A stretch of 56,674 nucleotides of DNA, filler included, from Catajapyx aquilonaris (taxonomy: Eukaryota): the NCBI GenBank assembly GCA_000934665.2. It is 3 parts of 3 records of this genome, joined end to end, with 100 filler letters (N's around TTAATTAATTAA, not from the genome) between each part and the next. Parts side by side here need not be neighbours in the genome. Positions count along the whole stretch, not along the records: positions 37,833 to 56,674 come from JYFJ02006593.1; 2 more parts are not named here. One strand, written 5' to 3'. The position numbers and the translations under genes are program-made. Each line of letters opens with the position of its first letter. Position 1 is the first letter of the stretch. Positions 51,520 to 56,674 of this stretch are shown in pieces. Under the pieces are notes generated by a model that did no database searches, was not told the DNA's origin, and worked only from the letters and a program-made list of their open reading frames with translations.

Positions 51520-51816
51520 CGCAACTGCTCCAGTCCTCGGGGCCACATTTCAGCTGAGATGGTAGACCCTGAGAAGGAGATAGCGAGATCGGAGGATTCT
51601 TTAAAGGCGATCACATGCTGAGAGATCTGGGGGCGGTACTTGACATTCTTTGTGCCCATGATGTTGAAAAGAGTGCTGGCAGACTCATAACGCAAAAGTC
51701 TACATAGAAGCGTAAGCATAAGCATAACGATATTTTTGATTGAAAAATCATGGCTTTCATCTACAATGAGTCATTCGAAGCTTACAAAGAGCGAATTGGA
51801 TTTGTTTGCCTTACCA
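51520..51816 (+). mobile_element. Maverick remnant: end of basic core gene and start of major capsid gene
   Basis: IGGFFKG...KRKHKHNDIFD*, then ATG at 51750 giving MAFIYNESFEA(+1 nt)TKSELDLFALP. Confidence 0.75.
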
Positions 51817-52164
51817 GGGATTAGAAAAGGTTGGGATACTTCCGGTCACGTTCCGATAACGTCGAGACATCTGGAGGGAGGAAGGCAGAAACAGCGATCG
51901 TATCTCATCGCGTGGGGCGATACGATAACTGCAGGAATACGGTAGCTCATTCCATGCTATTGGCAGCTTATGGTTCAAAATCCACCTCAACAGTTACACT
52001 TTCACTGCAGGATCGGCACAAATTCATGCAGGTTGACACGATCTTGGCATAATTCAGCCCAGGCTGTAAGAAAGGGCTGTAGAGGAAAAACCCTCTCCCT
52101 CCCACAGTAACAGATTACATGTTACTTCATCATGACTGAATTTATCTACATTGGATACGCCACA

Positions 52165-52260
52165 CTGTACTATGGGCGCCAAAAGAATTGACCGGAGTTG
52201 ATGTGTATATAGCGCCATATACCCATCAACTCCGGTCAATTCTTTTGGCGCCCATAGTAC
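52165..52260. mobile_element. Small palindromic MITE
   Basis: ~38-bp perfect arms TGTACTATGGGCGCCAAAAGAATTGACCGGAGTTGATG. Confidence 0.85.
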
Positions 52261-52289
52261 AAGGAAACCACTGCCCTAAACACACACAA

Positions 52290-52930
52290 AAAAACCTAAA
52301 AACTCACATTCACAACTTTGCCACCTTTCTGTTCTTGGGTTTGGTGTCCTGCATATTTCGGTTGCGAAACCGCACCCACCACAGCACACGTATCCTGCAA
52401 AACAGGTATACAAAATCCTCCTTCCTTTCCAGTGAGCAGAAATCAAAGGAGCAGTTGCCTTGTACACAGGTGGCCAATTTAGCCACAAGATTAAGCTCAC
52501 GAGACATTGTGTCAAAAACTTAACCTTCATTTTCTTAAATGGACCCATATCAGTATGTTTTCTTTGTTATTTTTGGCAGAAGCCTGACACCATCCTGAGA
52601 CAATTCACTGTTGGCAACTGCCTTCAATGTACTTCCCCTCCACAAGGTCACCATCAATTTTGATGTTGTGGGATTTCAAATTGTTCCGTACACTCTTTAC
52701 CAAGTGAGGACGGTCGTACATAGAGAAAACTTTGTCTTCCTGGAAACGGCATACGGCAGTGCAAGAGAAATGCCAAAGGCATCAAAAGCACTTCTATTTG
52801 ATCCCTGATCTGCTACCACCATCTTCAGAATCAAGCTTGTTTTCTTAACGTCACGGATGCACGTATTTAAGACTTGGAACAACTCCTGGAACAACTGAGA
52901 AGAAGTTATGACATACAGCTCCTCGATCAT
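52290..52930 (-). mobile_element. Internally deleted P-element/THAP9-like transposase
   Basis: VVADQGSN, YDRPHLVKSVRNNL, PK...H...FKKMKVK..Q and C-terminal RIRV......N......NRKVAKL. Confidence 0.78.
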
Positions 52931-53129
52931 GGCTCAACTCTCTTTAATTTCAGCTCTCTCCTCATACACTTCGTGGCCGCAGCCGTCATTCTGTATTGTT
53001 TTTATGAATATTTTGCCCTGCACTGTCTTACACATATTGGAAGGATGCCTCATCGATTGGCCAATGCCTCTGCTTCAGTATCATGTTCCTCCAGTCCATG
53101 CTCTGGAGAAACAGTGAGGTTTTTGTAGT

Positions 53130-53625
53130 ACTCACATTCCTTGAAGTTTGATCCAGTTTGATCCGAGATGGTTCGCGTGGAGCGCTGCAACATCATGCAT
53201 TTTAACTTCGCTCGCATTGTTTGTAACAGTTTTGGCAAGTGGGTCCCTTCCAAGCCACGACTTTTCACGCTTCGTGATAGAAACTCTAGTTGTTCCATGT
53301 TGAAATCGATAGTTTGGCTCGGCTCTCACAAGGGCACAATTTTTCCCTCCTCTCTGGTTGAAAAGTCGCTTGGTTGCTGATATCTTAAATGGGAGTGGTT
53401 TTTTGCACTGACCTGCACTGAATGTTTTCCAGTCATACACCTCCCAGCCCCTGTCATCTTGGCCTCCAAGGCGATGAAGAGTGGACGTGTCCGAAATGAT
53501 GCTATAATAGTTTTCTGGCACAAGGATGGATTCGAACCTCCGAACAGCTTTTTCGATCACCCCGAAACTCTGTCGGGAGGCATGAATGAATGTCCTGGGA
53601 CTGGGAACAAGGACATTGGTACCCC
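53130..53625 (-). mobile_element. Sola-like transposase C-terminal fragment
   Basis: FPVPGHSFMPPDRV/FGVIEK...I..PE.Y...WEVYDWK; superfamily assignment tentative. Confidence 0.55.
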
Positions 53626-53777
53626 TTCAAATAAATAACTTAAATATATCTCGATGACTAAAATTAATGCCTACAATTGGATGTGGGCCTCATTTCTCCC
53701 CCCAAAAATCGATGACTGTTACTTGACACCCATACCCAATCTGAAATGGCATCACCCCAATACATTAAAGAGTAGGT

Positions 53778-55128
53778 TTACCCTGGTATCCCTAAGTCCC
53801 TGCAGGCAGGGTACTCATGCCCCCTCATATGGCACCAATGGCAAGTGCCAATGCCAAATGGGGACTTCCCAGGAATTATGTGCCCTTCTTGAATCCCCGC
53901 TTCAGGGAACAGGCCATTCAGAAGTGTCCTAAGGAACCGGCACCACTTGCTGAGACCCTTAATGGAAAAATGTAGGCCATCCCTGGCCAGCAAGTCTCGC
54001 CGGCCACAGAAACGAGCCTGTTGAATGATGTGTGAAAGGGCATTATTAAAACAACTTTATTATAGGCTACTGTTATGAACTTTGGAGCAATGGTGTCGGT
54101 TATGCCGAAGGTAATCCAAGCAATTAGTATCATGTGGTAGCATTTTAAATAAATAGATGGGCAAATCCGGTTTTCAGAGGAGATTTTGATGCCGGCGGAA
54201 GGGATGGAGTGCCCTCACCTGACCGCCAAGTCTGGTGAAAATCACCGCAGACCCGGAGATTGTTATGATGCACTCGTGAACTGAGGAAAATCAGTCTGAC
54301 TTGAACCTTCCATGTCACAAGTCGTGTTGGAAGTGCCCATTACAGTCATTCTTGTTCGTGCCCTTATGAAGTTTATATATCCTCCTGAGACCTGATGTCC
54401 AATATATTGGGCATCCGGATTTAATTATTATTTACCGCCTTGCTATGGAGCAGATCGGAATAGCACTATGCTTGAGTGGTATGCTCACGATTTGGTGCTA
54501 GAGCGAAAAAAAAAAAAAAAACTCAAGTCTATCTGGCAAGCAAACTGAGCAGCTTCCATGACAAAATGGCCGTTCAATTCCACTCTTAAACTACAAAAAG
54601 TTAGTGTAAAAATGTGGAATTTATCTTTGTCTTAATGCACCACGTGACAGTAATTGCTTGGATTACCTTCGGCACCACCCATTCGGTTGCTGTAAATATC
54701 AGCGCGACTTTTTAAATTTATTTTTTAGGGTGCACTAATTTTTGCAACAAAGTTAGAGCGAGGCAACTAGTTGGTGTTTGAACTGGGCATGAATTCACTG
54801 TGAATCTTCGAAATCCAAGCAGATTCAGATCACTTCAGCATGTCACATCTTGGCAGTAGAGATAGAGGATCATCTAAGTGAGCTAGATGACATGACATGC
54901 CACTACGGCTCGTAATGTAGTTATATTTTATGGATTGTACACGTGTATAGGTCTACTGTACCTCAACTTTGTCAAGATGAGCACCAGCAATCCGCTGCGT
55001 CATCTTCTTGATCTTCCTGTTCCACCACATGCGATGCCTGTCAAGAGCTGGTTGGTCCTCTCGAGGCGCGACTTCTGCCACGATTACTCTGCAATTGGGC
55101 AGGTCCTCTCTGAATTGTCTCACAAACT
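53778..55128 (-). pseudogene. SGNH + CCHC gene, copy C (exon 1 cut by hAT; exon 2 at 53778-54017 open)
   Basis: Exon 54962-55128 is near-identical to copy B. Exon 2 reads ARFCGRRDLLARDGLHFS...CHWCHMRGHEYPAC...*. Confidence 0.75.
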
Positions 55129-55129
55129 C

Positions 55130-56674
55130 TCTGGGCCGGACTGGCTAGTGGTTGGCCCCACCGGCTGTTAAATCGTGTTGGCCCCCAATTGCTCAATCAT
55201 TTACCGTCCCCAAAACCTTCACATTATTGTACCAAAATTGGTACGGTAAGTACGAGTATTATAAAATCACGGAAAATTATTGTTGCATTACAAAAAATAA
55301 CTGCACAAATTATACGAAGGTTACATTTTTGGCTTGTGAGGATTGACTTTGTTTTTTGCCAGTAGGTTAAAATTAACTTGACCTGCATTCATGTATCATA
55401 ACTCTTAACTGAATTTGGGAATGAGAACTACTTACAAGTTACAGCTTCAGCATTATAGACCATTCGCATGAACTAGCGGCAATATCATCAATTACCTTAT
55501 TATAATCGAAATGAAAATCTCTTTCAACATAGAACAAAACGAAATCCTCTAGCAAATCTTGACCCAATGAAGAACGTAAGCGATTTTTTATGATTTTCAG
55601 AACTGAAAAAACTCTCTCACAGGAAACCTGTGTACAAGATAACGTTAGCACAAATTTGTAAGCCACATATAGTGATGTATAAAATGATCCGTGACCATTT
55701 AACTCGTACAGTAATCCCAAAACACAAGGTAGACAACGTTGGCATTTCACCTTTTCTTCAAAATTAAATGATTCCGTGAAGATATCGATATCATCCATTG
55801 CAAATCCCGAGGCTGTTCTTCAGTGTCGCTCCGATCATCAGTGAATTCGAAGTTTTTGTCAGCATCAGATGTTTTCTTAACTGCACTGTAATCGTCATAA
55901 TGCGTCGCAAATTGTATCAATTCCCTACACAGCTCAGCACGATTTGTTCCAGTAAGTTGGGCCAAGTTTTTAAGCATGTTTTCGTCACGATGGGCACTAT
56001 GAAGGTTCTGGAAGTTTCTTGGATCTAATTGTGCAATATCGCTCATAAGTTCTCCATTCAAAATAAAACACTCCTTCAATTGGTGTACTGCTGTATCAAT
56101 TATCACATAATAAACATCTCTTTCGAATCTCTTGGATGGTGATGTGTAAATTTGTCTCACTTCATCAGCAGCTAATTCTCCTGCTCTTCGCTTTGCAATC
56201 GGGATGCGCTTTGATGGTAAGCTAGGTTCTATTTCGATGTTGACTTCATTTTCAGCTAAACGTTCGTTTAAATGAGCCACAAAATCAGTGGCGATGTTGT
56301 GGAGTATTTCAAAGTTGTCCCTTTTCCCCCGGATTTGGCCATGCAAGGTGTTTACCATTCGGCTTGCTGCCAGGTAACTGAGACCACTTGTTTGAAGATA
56401 CTTGGAGGCAGGAGTAGAAACATTGAATAAATCACGGTAAATGAAGGCAACCATGATATTCTCAAACTTGCACCAGTTGTTGAGCAATGTCTTTGCTGTA
56501 AATGTCACGTCCGATGAAAAATCACTACTATTTGCAATTGTGAAGAGGCAGAGTAGTAGAGTATAGAACTTGTTACAGTCTGCAAACGGAACATTCAAGT
56601 CATCGAAGACACTGTGCAATGCTCTGTCCTTGCTCCACCAATGAGTCGAATCTTCTTCTATCTTCTTCTTCTAA
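55130..56674 (-). mobile_element. hAT (ZMYM1-like) transposon, 3' part, one frameshift
   Basis: PASKYLQ...F.RDVYY.IID, then LTLSCTQVSCERVFS.LKIIKNRLRSSLGQ..L; terminus CTGGGCCGGACTGG at ~55131. Confidence 0.9.

Overview
Eukaryotic, probably arthropod, genomic DNA. It is not one locus: two identical 100-nt linkers (44 N + TTAATTAATTAA + 44 N, at 18876-18975 and 37733-37832) join three ~18.8-kb scaffolds. Scaffold 1 (1-18875) carries seven phase-consistent exons of PRMT7 (minus strand, C-terminal exon not found) and the last two exons of an NSE4/NSMCE4-like kleisin (minus). Its introns are packed with MITEs, SINEs and a Helitron. Scaffold 2 (18976-37732) carries the 3' exons of a Dpr-family two-Ig protein with a GPI-type tail (plus), with MITEs, Helitrons and minisatellites. 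Scaffold 3 (37833-56674) is a graveyard of degenerate mobile elements: hAT x2, CACTA/EnSpm x2, Academ, P, Sola-like, Myb/SANT, Maverick capsid fragments, an intronless ALKBH2-like pseudogene, ankyrin repeats and a Penelope-type hammerhead. It also holds three copies of a spliced SGNH-hydrolase + CCHC zinc-knuckle gene, the most unusual item. All family assignments come from motifs recognised by eye; no searches were run.
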